64,000 nt of DNA from Vicinamibacterales bacterium. Lineage in GTDB: Bacteria > Acidobacteriota > Vicinamibacteria > Vicinamibacterales > UBA8438. Under the pieces are notes generated by a model. The model ran no database searches. It saw nothing but the letters and a program-made list of their open reading frames with translations, and was not told where the DNA came from. The stretch is from NCBI GenBank assembly GCA_965229825.1, contig CBDDJQ010000005.1, positions 106,350 through 170,349 of the forward strand, in the 5' to 3' direction. A program made the translations under genes and the position numbers. The number at the start of each line of letters is the position of its first letter. The first letter of the stretch is position 1. Below, piece after piece: positions 26,500 to 34,195 of this stretch.

Positions 26500-27084
26500 C
26501 GCCATCGCCCGCTCGACGAGGAGGCGCAGGTTCGCCGGCAGGTCGAGCGCAAGCGCGGCGCGTTGCCCGGTATCCGACATCTTCCGCCACGTCTTGCGGA
26601 GCACCCCGAGCAGCGTTCCGTCGTCGTGCCTCGGCGCGAAATCGGCCAGATAGTGCTCGAGGAAGACGAGGCAGATCACGTCTTCCAGAAGCTGGACGTC
26701 GGGGTCGGCCTTCAGCCGCTCCTTGCGGAGCAGCGACTCGACCCGCGCCGTGACGTCGTCGCCGTAGCCGATGTCGCGCAGGATGGCGGCAGCCGTCTCT
26801 GCATGAAAGCGGGCCAGATCGGTCCGCCACCGGCGGTAGCCCTCGCGGCCGTCCGGATAGTCCGTGCGGGGGATCGTCCAGCGCCGGATGTGCTGGCAGC
26901 GGGCGGCGAGCCGGACCGCCTCCGGCGCATCGGGCCGGAACCGATCGAGGCAGGCCGTCATCCGTCGGGCGTAGACCAGCTCTTTCGGCTGCTCGGCCCC
27001 GTCCACGAGCTCGCGGTTCGGGTCTTCCGCGTTCGCCCCGTCGAACCGCTCGACGGCCCGCCGGAACCGGTCGGTGGAGGTCAT
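26485..27084 (-). CDS. DUF4202 domain protein
   Basis: FDGANAEDPN, ELVYARRMTACLDRF, RCQHIRRWTIPRTDYPDGREGYRRWR, LLEDVICLVFLEHY and LRKTWRKMS are typical DUF4202 blocks. Confidence 0.8.
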   Translation of the reverse strand: MTSTDRFRRAVERFDGANAEDPNRELVDGAEQPKELVYARRMTACLDRFRPDAPEAVRLAARCQHIRRWTIPRTDYPDGREGYRRWRTDLARFHAETAAAILRDIGYGDDVTARVESLLRKERLKADPDVQLLEDVICLVFLEHYLADFAPRHDDGTLLGVLRKTWRKMSDTGQRAALALDLPANLRLLVERAMASPAE

Positions 27085-27135
27085 CGCGTGACTCCTGAGC
27101 GGGGGTCCGCCGCCTCGCCGGACACGTACCCCTCC

Positions 27136-27249
27136 TTACTCAAGATGCGGGATGATCTTCTGCGCCGGCCCTTCAGCCGTCAACTCTGCCGTGCCGATGG
27201 TGATCTCGGCGTCGTCGGGGGTCTCGAAGGAATCCCTGGTCGGCGGCAC
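27136..27249 (-). CDS. Possible small ORF (37 aa), MPPTRDSFETPDDAEITIGTAELTAEGPAQKIIPHLE
   Basis: GTG start. Roughly 80% of third codon positions are G/C (hand count). It ends 51 nt upstream of the DUF4202 start on the same strand. There is no homology evidence, and it is below the size cut-off of the ORF track. Confidence 0.25.
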   Translation of the reverse strand: MPPTRDSFETPDDAEITIGTAELTAEGPAQKIIPHLE

Positions 27250-27361
27250 GGTCGCGATTGGCTCCGTACGTTACTCTCATGCGTCGAATCCTCACGCCGG
27301 GACCCGAGCCGGCGTCGCGTTGTCATGGCGCCGATCGGGATCGCCTTCAGGAGATCGCTCG

Positions 27362-27835
27362 ATGGCTATCGTCGTCGGACAGTCCGCTCCCGATTTCACC
27401 CTGCACGAGACCCTGCAGGAACAGCGAAGCCTGCGGGACTTCCGGGGTCGAAACGTCGTGCTCGCTTTCTTCCCAGGGGCCTTCACCCCGGTCTGCACCA
27501 CGGAGATGTGCGCCCTCCGCGACCGCCTCGACGGGTTCAGCGCGCTGAATGCGGAGATCGTCGGCATCACCGTCGACCCGCCCTTCGTTCAGGCGGCGTG
27601 GAAGGCGGCCCACGATGTCGGCTACACCTTCCTCAGCGACTACAACCGGGAGGTCGTGATCGCCTACGGCGTTGCGTTTCCCGGATTGGGCGGCCTGCCG
27701 GGCTACGTCTGCGCCAACCGCGCGGTGACCGTCGTCGACAAGGAGGGCGTGGTGCGCTACCACTGGATCGGGGAGAGCCTGGGCGTCGAACCCGACTACG
27801 CCGAGCTCCAGTCCGTGGTGGGCGCCCTACCGTAG
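27362..27835 (+). CDS. Peroxiredoxin (AhpC/TSA, Bcp-like)
   Basis: MAIVVGQSAPDFTL...VVLAFFPGAFTPVCTTEMC (peroxidatic Cys in a PxxxTxxC context). 157 aa. Confidence 0.85.
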   Translation: MAIVVGQSAPDFTLHETLQEQRSLRDFRGRNVVLAFFPGAFTPVCTTEMCALRDRLDGFSALNAEIVGITVDPPFVQAAWKAAHDVGYTFLSDYNREVVIAYGVAFPGLGGLPGYVCANRAVTVVDKEGVVRYHWIGESLGVEPDYAELQSVVGALP

Positions 27836-27852
27836 CGCGCCGGAACAGGCCC

Positions 27853-28797
27853 GTGACAGGCATCCTCTCCCGGCTGACCTCGGCGTTTCCCCTGTGGGTG
27901 CTGGCCGCGGGCGTCGCCGCGCTCATCCGGCCGGCGTGGTTCACGTGGTTCAGCGGGCCGCTGATCACCGTCGGCCTCGGCGTCATCATGCTCAGCATGG
28001 GGATGACCCTCGGGTTCGACGACTTCCGCCGGGTGGGACGCGAGCGCGCCCGGGTGCTGCCGGGGGTGGTCCTGCAATACACCGTCATGCCGGCGCTGGG
28101 CTGGAGCCTCGGATATCTGTTCGCCCTGCCGGCGCCGTTCGCGGCCGGCCTCGTGCTGGTCTCGTGCTGTCCGGGCGGCACCGCCTCGAACGTCATCGCG
28201 TACCTCGCGCGGGCGGACGTGGCGTTGTCGGTGACGCTGACCGCGTTGTCCACGATGCTGGCGGTCGTGATGACGCCGGTCCTGACCGCCCTCCTCGCCG
28301 GCAGCCGCGTCGACGTCCCCACCGGCGGACTGCTCCTCAGCACCGTCCAGGTCGTCATTCTGCCGGTGGCCGCGGGGGCGATGCTCAAGTGGCGCTTTCC
28401 CCGCGCCGTCGACCGGGTCCTGCCCATCGCGCCGCTCGTGGCCATCGCCGCCATCAGCCTGATCGTCGGCTCGGTCATCGGCGGCGGCCGCGAGCGCATC
28501 ATCGAGGCCGGGCCGCGGCTGGTGCTCGCGGTCGTGAGCCTCCATTCCCTCGGCTTCCTCCTCGGCTATCTCGCCGGCCGGCTCGCCCTGCGGAGCGAGG
28601 TGGCGGCGCGTACGGTGTCGATCGAGGTCGGGATGCAGAACACCGGGCTCGGCGTGGTGCTCGCCCAGCAGAACTTCGCGAACCCCCTGGTGGCGGTCCC
28701 CAGCGCCATCGCCAGCGTCTTCCACTCCCTCGTCGGCAGCCTGGTGGCGGCGTGGTGGCGGCGCCGGTCCGCCGATGGCACGACCCGCCGCATCTGA
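27853..28797 (+). CDS. Bile acid:sodium symporter (BASS) family transporter
   Basis: GTG start. LSMGMTL, GLVLVSCCPGGTASNVIAYLARAD and SIEVGMQNTGLGVVLA are hallmark BASS blocks. Confidence 0.85.
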   Translation: MTGILSRLTSAFPLWVLAAGVAALIRPAWFTWFSGPLITVGLGVIMLSMGMTLGFDDFRRVGRERARVLPGVVLQYTVMPALGWSLGYLFALPAPFAAGLVLVSCCPGGTASNVIAYLARADVALSVTLTALSTMLAVVMTPVLTALLAGSRVDVPTGGLLLSTVQVVILPVAAGAMLKWRFPRAVDRVLPIAPLVAIAAISLIVGSVIGGGRERIIEAGPRLVLAVVSLHSLGFLLGYLAGRLALRSEVAARTVSIEVGMQNTGLGVVLAQQNFANPLVAVPSAIASVFHSLVGSLVAAWWRRRSADGTTRRI

Positions 28798-28971
28798 CGC
28801 GCCGGCTGGTCTATACTGCGTTCCGTCTCACACAAGTCTCACACAAGACAGGGCACGAGCATTGGTCCTCTTTGACGGAACACATGGATCGTCGCAGCCG
28901 TCGCTCGGGCAGTGGCTCATCGCCAATGCGCCCGGCGCCGGACCGCTTGAGTTCCCGCCACGCGACGAAGG

Positions 28972-29829
28972 TCAGGAGCGACCCGGCCCGTTCGACGACT
29001 GGACCGAGGGCGACTGGAAGGGGCTGGATCGGGGTCCTGGTCTCCCGCCTTCCTCACCGGGCAGCGTATAGGTTCCCGGCCGCAACCCGACCACGAAGCT
29101 GCCGTTTCGCAGCGACGGCTTGTTGTAGCGCAGCGTGCCCGGATGGGGCTCGGGGTGGCCGGAGTGGCGGTGGACGCAGTCGCCGGCCGCGACGTCCCAT
29201 TCCATGGTCGGCCCGAGCCGCGGGTAGACGTCCGCCCGACCTTCGGCGACCACGCAGAACTTCAGCGAGCTGCCGCGTTTGACCCGCTCGACCACGGTCA
29301 GCGGCTCGAGAAACGCCTCGAGGGCCGCGGTGGGATGGGACCGGCTCTCGACGACGCGGAGCGGGTCGGACGGGCTGGACAGGGTCGACCGCAGGCGCCG
29401 GGGCGGACCGCTTGCCTCGCGCTTCCACGCGCCTTCCCCGACGCGGGCGTAGTACAGCAGCCCCGCGGCGGGCGCCGCCACCACCCCGAGGACCGGCTCG
29501 CCGTCCTCGATCAACGCAACGTTGACGGTGAACTCGCCGTTTCGGTTGACGAACTCCTTGGTCCCGTCGAGGGGGTCGACGAGCCAGTAGCGGGACCACC
29601 GGCGACGCACCTCGTAAGGCGGTATCTCGTGCTCCTCGGACAGATACGGGACCGCGGGGTCCAGCGCCGTCAGTCCGTCGCGCAGGATCGCGTCAGCCGC
29701 GAGATCGGCCCCGGTCACCGGCGATCCGTCCGCCTTCGCCCGCACCCACGTGTCGCCGGCGTCGTACCGTTTCAACACCAGCGCGGCGGCGCGTAGCGCC
29801 ACCTCCTTGACGGCTTCCAGGGTCACCAT
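28972..29829 (-). CDS. cysQ: 3'(2'),5'-bisphosphate nucleotidase
   Basis: Inositol-monophosphatase-fold motifs: YLSEE, WLVDPLDGTKEF, GEFTVNVALIE, KFCVVAEGRADVYPR, EWDVAAG. Confidence 0.8.
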   Translation of the reverse strand: MVTLEAVKEVALRAAALVLKRYDAGDTWVRAKADGSPVTGADLAADAILRDGLTALDPAVPYLSEEHEIPPYEVRRRWSRYWLVDPLDGTKEFVNRNGEFTVNVALIEDGEPVLGVVAAPAAGLLYYARVGEGAWKREASGPPRRLRSTLSSPSDPLRVVESRSHPTAALEAFLEPLTVVERVKRGSSLKFCVVAEGRADVYPRLGPTMEWDVAAGDCVHRHSGHPEPHPGTLRYNKPSLRNGSFVVGLRPGTYTLPGEEGGRPGPRSSPFQSPSVQSSNGPGRS

Positions 29830-30087
29830 GGGCCCAAGTGTAGCGGCCCGAGCCCGAAGGACGGCGGTTCCGGCGGCAGGTTCGATTCGCCGTCGAGCAC
29901 GCCGCCGACGAAGTCCGCACGATTCGCGAGGTGCACCGGGTAGGATGTGATTACGCCGCGCCCCGAGCGCGGGCTCAAGGGCCGGCCCGGCGATCTCCTC
30001 CCGCGCGTCGAGAGGCTCGACCGGTCGCAGGGAACGGATACTATCGACAAAATGCCAGAATCACTCGGACAGGTTTTCGACTGGCCC

Positions 30088-30117
30088 TTGACGCGCGGTG
30101 TCGCCGTAGGGTAAAAA
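30088..30117 (+). promoter_or_regulatory. Candidate sigma70-type promoter TTGACG-N18-TAAAAA directly in front of the poly-Cys leader ORF
   Basis: Hexamers at 30088-30093 and 30112-30117. This is the only AT-rich patch in the divergent cysQ/sir intergenic region. An imperfect inverted repeat TCGACAAAA(30044-30052)/TTTTCGA(30074-30080) lies just upstream. Confidence 0.3.
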
Positions 30118-30120
30118 AAG

Positions 30121-30213
30121 ATGGTTGTGATGTTGCTAGCACGAACCGGCTGTTGTTGCTGCTGTTGTCCGGAGGCCGCCGAGGCCCCCACGCTGACGGT
30201 CGTGTCGAGGTGA
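30121..30213 (+). CDS. Candidate leader peptide MVVMLLARTGCCCCCCPEAAEAPTLTVVSR with six consecutive Cys codons
   Basis: ATG at 30121. Cys codons TGT TGT TGC TGC TGT TGT at 30151-30168. TGA at 30211-30213. An intrinsic terminator follows 48 nt later, and the sulfite-reductase/siroheme operon lies downstream. Confidence 0.55.
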   Translation: MVVMLLARTGCCCCCCPEAAEAPTLTVVSR

Positions 30214-30261
30214 TGCACAAGCGCAAGTAGAGCCGGCAAGCACCAGCGCGAGAGACCGAAA

Positions 30262-30292
30262 GCCCGGGGCCACAAGGCCCCGGGCTTTTTTT
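30262..30292 (+). terminator. Rho-independent terminator (attenuator candidate)
   Basis: GCCCGGGGCC-ACAA-GGCCCCGGGC, a perfect 10-bp GC stem, followed by TTTTTTT. It lies 170 nt upstream of the first operon gene. Confidence 0.8.
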
Positions 30293-30305
30293 GTTGACCC
30301 CCGGC

Positions 30306-30362
30306 GGCGGGCGATCACCAAGACGGCGGCAATCGGAGCCGCAGGCGACGATTTCCGGGCTA
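30306..30362 (+). repeat. REP-like repeat, copy C (module 1 only)
   Basis: ...GGCGGCAATCGGAGCCGCAGGCGACGATTTCCGGGCTA is nearly identical to the core of the 48263-48312 copy. Confidence 0.65.
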
Positions 30363-30462
30363 GGATCAATGGTCGACGGTCGCAACACGCCAGCCGCGCC
30401 GGGGAGATGCATCACGACACGCGACGGCGCGCGCGTTTCCATCCGGATCACCGCTATCGGCC

Positions 30463-31065
30463 ATGTCAACACGGGCGACGACGCCGCTCTTTCCGGCGTT
30501 CCTCAAGCTGACGAACCGGCCGGTCACGGTGGTCGGAGGCGGGCTCGTGGCCGCGTCGAAGCTCCGGGCGCTGCTCGATGCGGGGGCGCGCGTGACCGTG
30601 GTGGCGCCGGACGTCACGGCCGAGATCGCCGGGAGCGGCGTGGCCATCCGCCGCCGCCGCTTTCAGGCGTCGGATCTGGAGGGTGCGTGGCTCGCGGTCG
30701 CAGCGGCGCCACCGGAGGTCAACCGTGAGGTCGCACTGGCCGCGGAGGAACGGCACCTGTTCCTCAACGCGGTGGACGATCCGCGGAACGCGAGCCTCTA
30801 TCTTGGAGGCGTGGTCCGCCGGGGGGGCGTCACCGCGTCGATCTCGACCGATGGCCGGGCGCCGGCCCTGGCGGGGTTGATTCGGGAGGCTATCGAGGCG
30901 CTGCTGCCCGAGGACGAGGTGCAACGGTGGCTGGCCGCCGCGGCGGAGCAGCGGGCCGGATGGATCGCCGGCCGCGTGCCGATGGAACGGCGCCGGCCGT
31001 TGCTTCTGCGGGCGCTGGCCGCTCTCTACGACGATCGGACGTCGACCGAAGACCACAAGGGATGA
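30463..31065 (+). CDS. Precorrin-2 dehydrogenase / sirohydrochlorin ferrochelatase (CysG N-terminal-like, siroheme synthesis)
   Basis: FLKLTNRPVTVVGGGLVAASKLRALLDAGARVTVVAP (Rossmann fold) and NAVDDPRNASLYLGGVVRRGGVTASISTDGRAPALA. Confidence 0.8.
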   Translation: MSTRATTPLFPAFLKLTNRPVTVVGGGLVAASKLRALLDAGARVTVVAPDVTAEIAGSGVAIRRRRFQASDLEGAWLAVAAAPPEVNREVALAAEERHLFLNAVDDPRNASLYLGGVVRRGGVTASISTDGRAPALAGLIREAIEALLPEDEVQRWLAAAAEQRAGWIAGRVPMERRRPLLLRALAALYDDRTSTEDHKG

Positions 31066-31922
31066 GACCTCGACCGCAGCAACCGGCAGCGCACGTTCGA
31101 AGGCAGGTGACCGGCGTCGCGGGCGCCGGCCGCGAACCGGACCTGACACCGGGATTCGTGTCGCTGGTCGGGGCCGGCCCGGGGGACCCGGCGCTGTTGA
31201 CGGTGCAGGCGCTGGATCGTCTGGGGACGGCCGATCTGGTGCTCTACGACGCCCTTGTGGCCCCCGAGATCCTGGCGTTGGCGAGCCGGGCGCAGCGCTT
31301 CTGTGTCGGCAAGCGGGCGGGCCGCCGGTCGGTGCGGCAGGACACCATCATCCGCATCCTGGTCCGAGCCGCCCGCCGCGGCCGCCGCGTGGTCCGGCTG
31401 AAGGGCGGCGACCCGTACGTGCTGGGGCGGGGTGGTGAAGAGGCCCTGGCCCTGCGGAGCGCCGGAATCCGGTTCGAGGTGGTGCCGGGGCTGACGACCG
31501 CGATTACCGTTCCGGCCCTGGCCGGGATTCCCCTGACCCATCGCGGCGTCGCCTCGGGATTCACCGTCGTGTCCGGACACGACGAATCGAGCTTTCGGCC
31601 GGTGCTGAGTGCGCTGGCCCCGGGCTCGCTGACGATCGTCGTGCTGATGGGGTTGGCCCGCCGCGCCGCGGTGGCGGCTTGCCTGCTCGACCGCGGCTGG
31701 CCGGCGGACACCGCGGCCGCAATTGTGTGCGCGACCGTCTCGCCGCGAACCCGCGCCTGGATCGGGACGCTGGGACAACTGGGGGCGGCCCCCCACCCGG
31801 CCGCCCCCGATACCCCCGGCACGATCGTCATCGGCAAGGTCGTCGAGCTGCAGGCGCTGCTCGACGAGACGAAGCCGGATGCCGCGGCCGGGGTCGAACG
31901 AAAGGGCTGGAACTCACGATGA
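31062..31922 (+). CDS. cobA: Uroporphyrinogen-III C-methyltransferase (SUMT)
   Basis: VSLVGAGPGDPALLTVQALDRLGTADLVLYDALV, VVRLKGGDPYVLGRGGEE and VVPGLTTAITVPALAGIPLTHRG. ATGA overlap with the upstream gene. Confidence 0.85.
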   Translation: MRPRPQQPAAHVRRQVTGVAGAGREPDLTPGFVSLVGAGPGDPALLTVQALDRLGTADLVLYDALVAPEILALASRAQRFCVGKRAGRRSVRQDTIIRILVRAARRGRRVVRLKGGDPYVLGRGGEEALALRSAGIRFEVVPGLTTAITVPALAGIPLTHRGVASGFTVVSGHDESSFRPVLSALAPGSLTIVVLMGLARRAAVAACLLDRGWPADTAAAIVCATVSPRTRAWIGTLGQLGAAPHPAAPDTPGTIVIGKVVELQALLDETKPDAAAGVERKGWNSR

Positions 31923-34195
31923 CCTGGAAAGACAGACTCGGCGACCGCATCCCGGCAGAGCTGGCGCGGGAGATCGACACCTTCGAGAACCAGATCGCCC
32001 TCAAGCGCCAGGGCCGAATCGACGACAAGGTGTTCGCGGAGACGCGCCTGCGGCGCGGCGCCTACGGACAGCGCTACGACAACGGGCAGCGGAACGACGG
32101 CAACGGGGTCAAGACGCTCGCGTTCCCCTCGAACGGCCGGACCAAGGGTCCCGACACGGTCTGGGACGCTCCCGGCATGCACCGGATCAAGATCCCGTTC
32201 GGCGGGGTGACCCCCGAGCAGATGGACACCCTCGCCGACCTCGCCGAGGAATACAGCGACGGAATCTGCCACATCACGACCCGGCAGGACGTGCAGCTCC
32301 ACTTCGTCCAACTCGACGACACCCCGTCCCTGATGCGCCGGCTCGCGGCGGTCGGCATCACCACGCGGGAGGCGTGCGGCAACAGCGTGCGCAACGTCAC
32401 CGCCTGCCCCCTCGCGGGCGTCTGCCGCGACGAGACGTTCGACGTGACCCCCTACGCCCGCGCGTCCATGCGGTTTCTGCTCGGTCATCCCGATGCCCAG
32501 GACTTCGGCCGCAAGTTCAAGGTGGCGTTCTCGGGGTGCCGGCAACATGCGTGCGGTCTCGTCAACATGCATGACTTCGGGGCGATCGCGGTGACCCGGG
32601 AGACCGGCGGGGGCACGCAACGCGGATTCGAGGTGCACGTCGGGGGCGGCCTCGGCGCGGTGCCCCACGAGGCCAGGCTGTTCGATCCGTTCATGGCCGA
32701 GGCCGAGGTCCTCCCGACCCTGCAGGCTATCTCGCGGGTGTTCGCGCGGCTGGGTGAGAAACGCAATCGGGCTCGCGCCCGCATCAAGTTTCTGGTCGCC
32801 CAGCTCGGGATCGACGAGTTCCGGCGGTTGGTACAGGAGGAACGCCGGCTTCTGGCCCACGACGAGCGCTGGACCGCTCATCTCGCCGATCTGTCGTCCG
32901 CGGCCGAGCAGCCGCTGAAGGATGGTGAACCGCTCGACGGGGAACGGAACGCACCGGGCTTCGCGGCCTGGTCCCGCTCGAACGTCTATCGCCAGCGCCA
33001 GCCGGGATACGCGGTGGTGACGGTGAGCCTGCCGCTGGGCGACATCGGCAGCGATCAGCTGCGGCGGCTGGCCGGCGTCGCCCGCCGGTTCGTCGGCGAT
33101 ACGGTGCGGACCACCGTCGAGCAGAACATCGTGCTGCGCTGGGTGCGCGAGTCGGACCTGCCCGCGTTGCATCGGGAGCTGGACGCCATCGGCCTGGGCC
33201 GGCCCGGCGCGGAATCGATCGGCGACATCACCGCGTGCCCGGGCACCGACACCTGCAAGCTCGGGATCGCCTCGTCGCGGGGACTGGCGGCCGAGCTCGA
33301 GGGGCGCGTGCGGCAGCAGATGGACACCCTGGACGACGCGGTCCGCCAACTGCGGATCAAGGTCAGCGGATGCTTCAATTCGTGCGGCCAGCACCACATC
33401 AGCGACCTGGGGTTCTACGGCGTGAGCCGGCACGTGCGGGGGCGGGTGGTTCCGCACTTTCAGGTGGTGCTCGGCGGCAAGTGGGTCGACAACGGCGGGG
33501 CCTACGGACTTGCAATCGGGGCGGTGCCGGCCCGACGGATTCCGGAAGTGGTCAAACGGATCACGGATCGTTTCGTGCAGGACCGCCACGCGGCGGAGAC
33601 GTTCCACGCGTTCACGACCCGGATCGGCAAGCGAGCGCTGCGCGGCATGATCGAGGACCTGATGGCAGTGCCCGACTACGACGCGGCGCCGGACTACTAC
33701 CGCGACTGGGGCGACCCGCGCGAGTTCGGAATCGGCGACATGGGAGTCGGCGAATGCGCGGGCGAGGTCGTGTCGTTGACCGAGTTCGACCTGGTCGGGG
33801 CCGAGAGCCAGGTGTTCGAAGCCCAACTCGAGCTCGAAGCGGGCAACGTCGCGCAGGCGGACGCGCTCGCCTACGGGGCGATGCTGCAGGCGGCCAGAGG
33901 CCTGATCAAGACCGAGTTCATCGACATCCCGGACGACCCGGATCGCATCGTCGCCGAATTCCGGACCCGCTTCTTCGACAGCCGGATCTTCTTCGATCGG
34001 TTCGCCGGCGGGAAGTTCGCGCAGTACCTGTTCCGGCGGCACGCCCGCGGCGGGCCGCCCGCCGGTGTCGACATGGTGCGGCAGTCGATCGAAGAGGCCC
34101 AGCTCTTTCTGGAGGCCACCCACGCCTGTCAGGCACGGCTGGCCGGCGCGCCGGTGACGGCGGGCGAGGCAGCCGTCTCCAGGAGTCCCGCGTGA
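31919..34195 (+). CDS. sir: Ferredoxin-type assimilatory sulfite (nitrite/sulfite family) reductase, 758 aa
   Basis: TTRQDVQLHFV, REACGNSVRNVTACP, and the siroheme/4Fe-4S cluster motif ITACPGTDTCKLG...SGCFNSCGQHH. ATGA overlap with cobA. Confidence 0.9.
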   Translation: MTWKDRLGDRIPAELAREIDTFENQIALKRQGRIDDKVFAETRLRRGAYGQRYDNGQRNDGNGVKTLAFPSNGRTKGPDTVWDAPGMHRIKIPFGGVTPEQMDTLADLAEEYSDGICHITTRQDVQLHFVQLDDTPSLMRRLAAVGITTREACGNSVRNVTACPLAGVCRDETFDVTPYARASMRFLLGHPDAQDFGRKFKVAFSGCRQHACGLVNMHDFGAIAVTRETGGGTQRGFEVHVGGGLGAVPHEARLFDPFMAEAEVLPTLQAISRVFARLGEKRNRARARIKFLVAQLGIDEFRRLVQEERRLLAHDERWTAHLADLSSAAEQPLKDGEPLDGERNAPGFAAWSRSNVYRQRQPGYAVVTVSLPLGDIGSDQLRRLAGVARRFVGDTVRTTVEQNIVLRWVRESDLPALHRELDAIGLGRPGAESIGDITACPGTDTCKLGIASSRGLAAELEGRVRQQMDTLDDAVRQLRIKVSGCFNSCGQHHISDLGFYGVSRHVRGRVVPHFQVVLGGKWVDNGGAYGLAIGAVPARRIPEVVKRITDRFVQDRHAAETFHAFTTRIGKRALRGMIEDLMAVPDYDAAPDYYRDWGDPREFGIGDMGVGECAGEVVSLTEFDLVGAESQVFEAQLELEAGNVAQADALAYGAMLQAARGLIKTEFIDIPDDPDRIVAEFRTRFFDSRIFFDRFAGGKFAQYLFRRHARGGPPAGVDMVRQSIEEAQLFLEATHACQARLAGAPVTAGEAAVSRSPA

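Noticed and set aside
29823-30275. Alternative readings of the (TGY)6 tract. The plus-strand ORF 29931..30230 reads it as LLLLLL, a possible leucine leader. The minus-strand ORF 29823..30275 reads it as QQQQQQ.
   Set aside because: - The Leu frame has no start codon anywhere near the run. It would need a 99-aa Arg-rich protein starting at 29931, upstream of the promoter-like hexamers.
- The minus-strand ORF is low-complexity and overlaps the cysQ start.
- Only the Cys frame has a proximal ATG, a promoter-like element and a downstream terminator.
- Only the Cys frame matches the function of the downstream sulfur genes.
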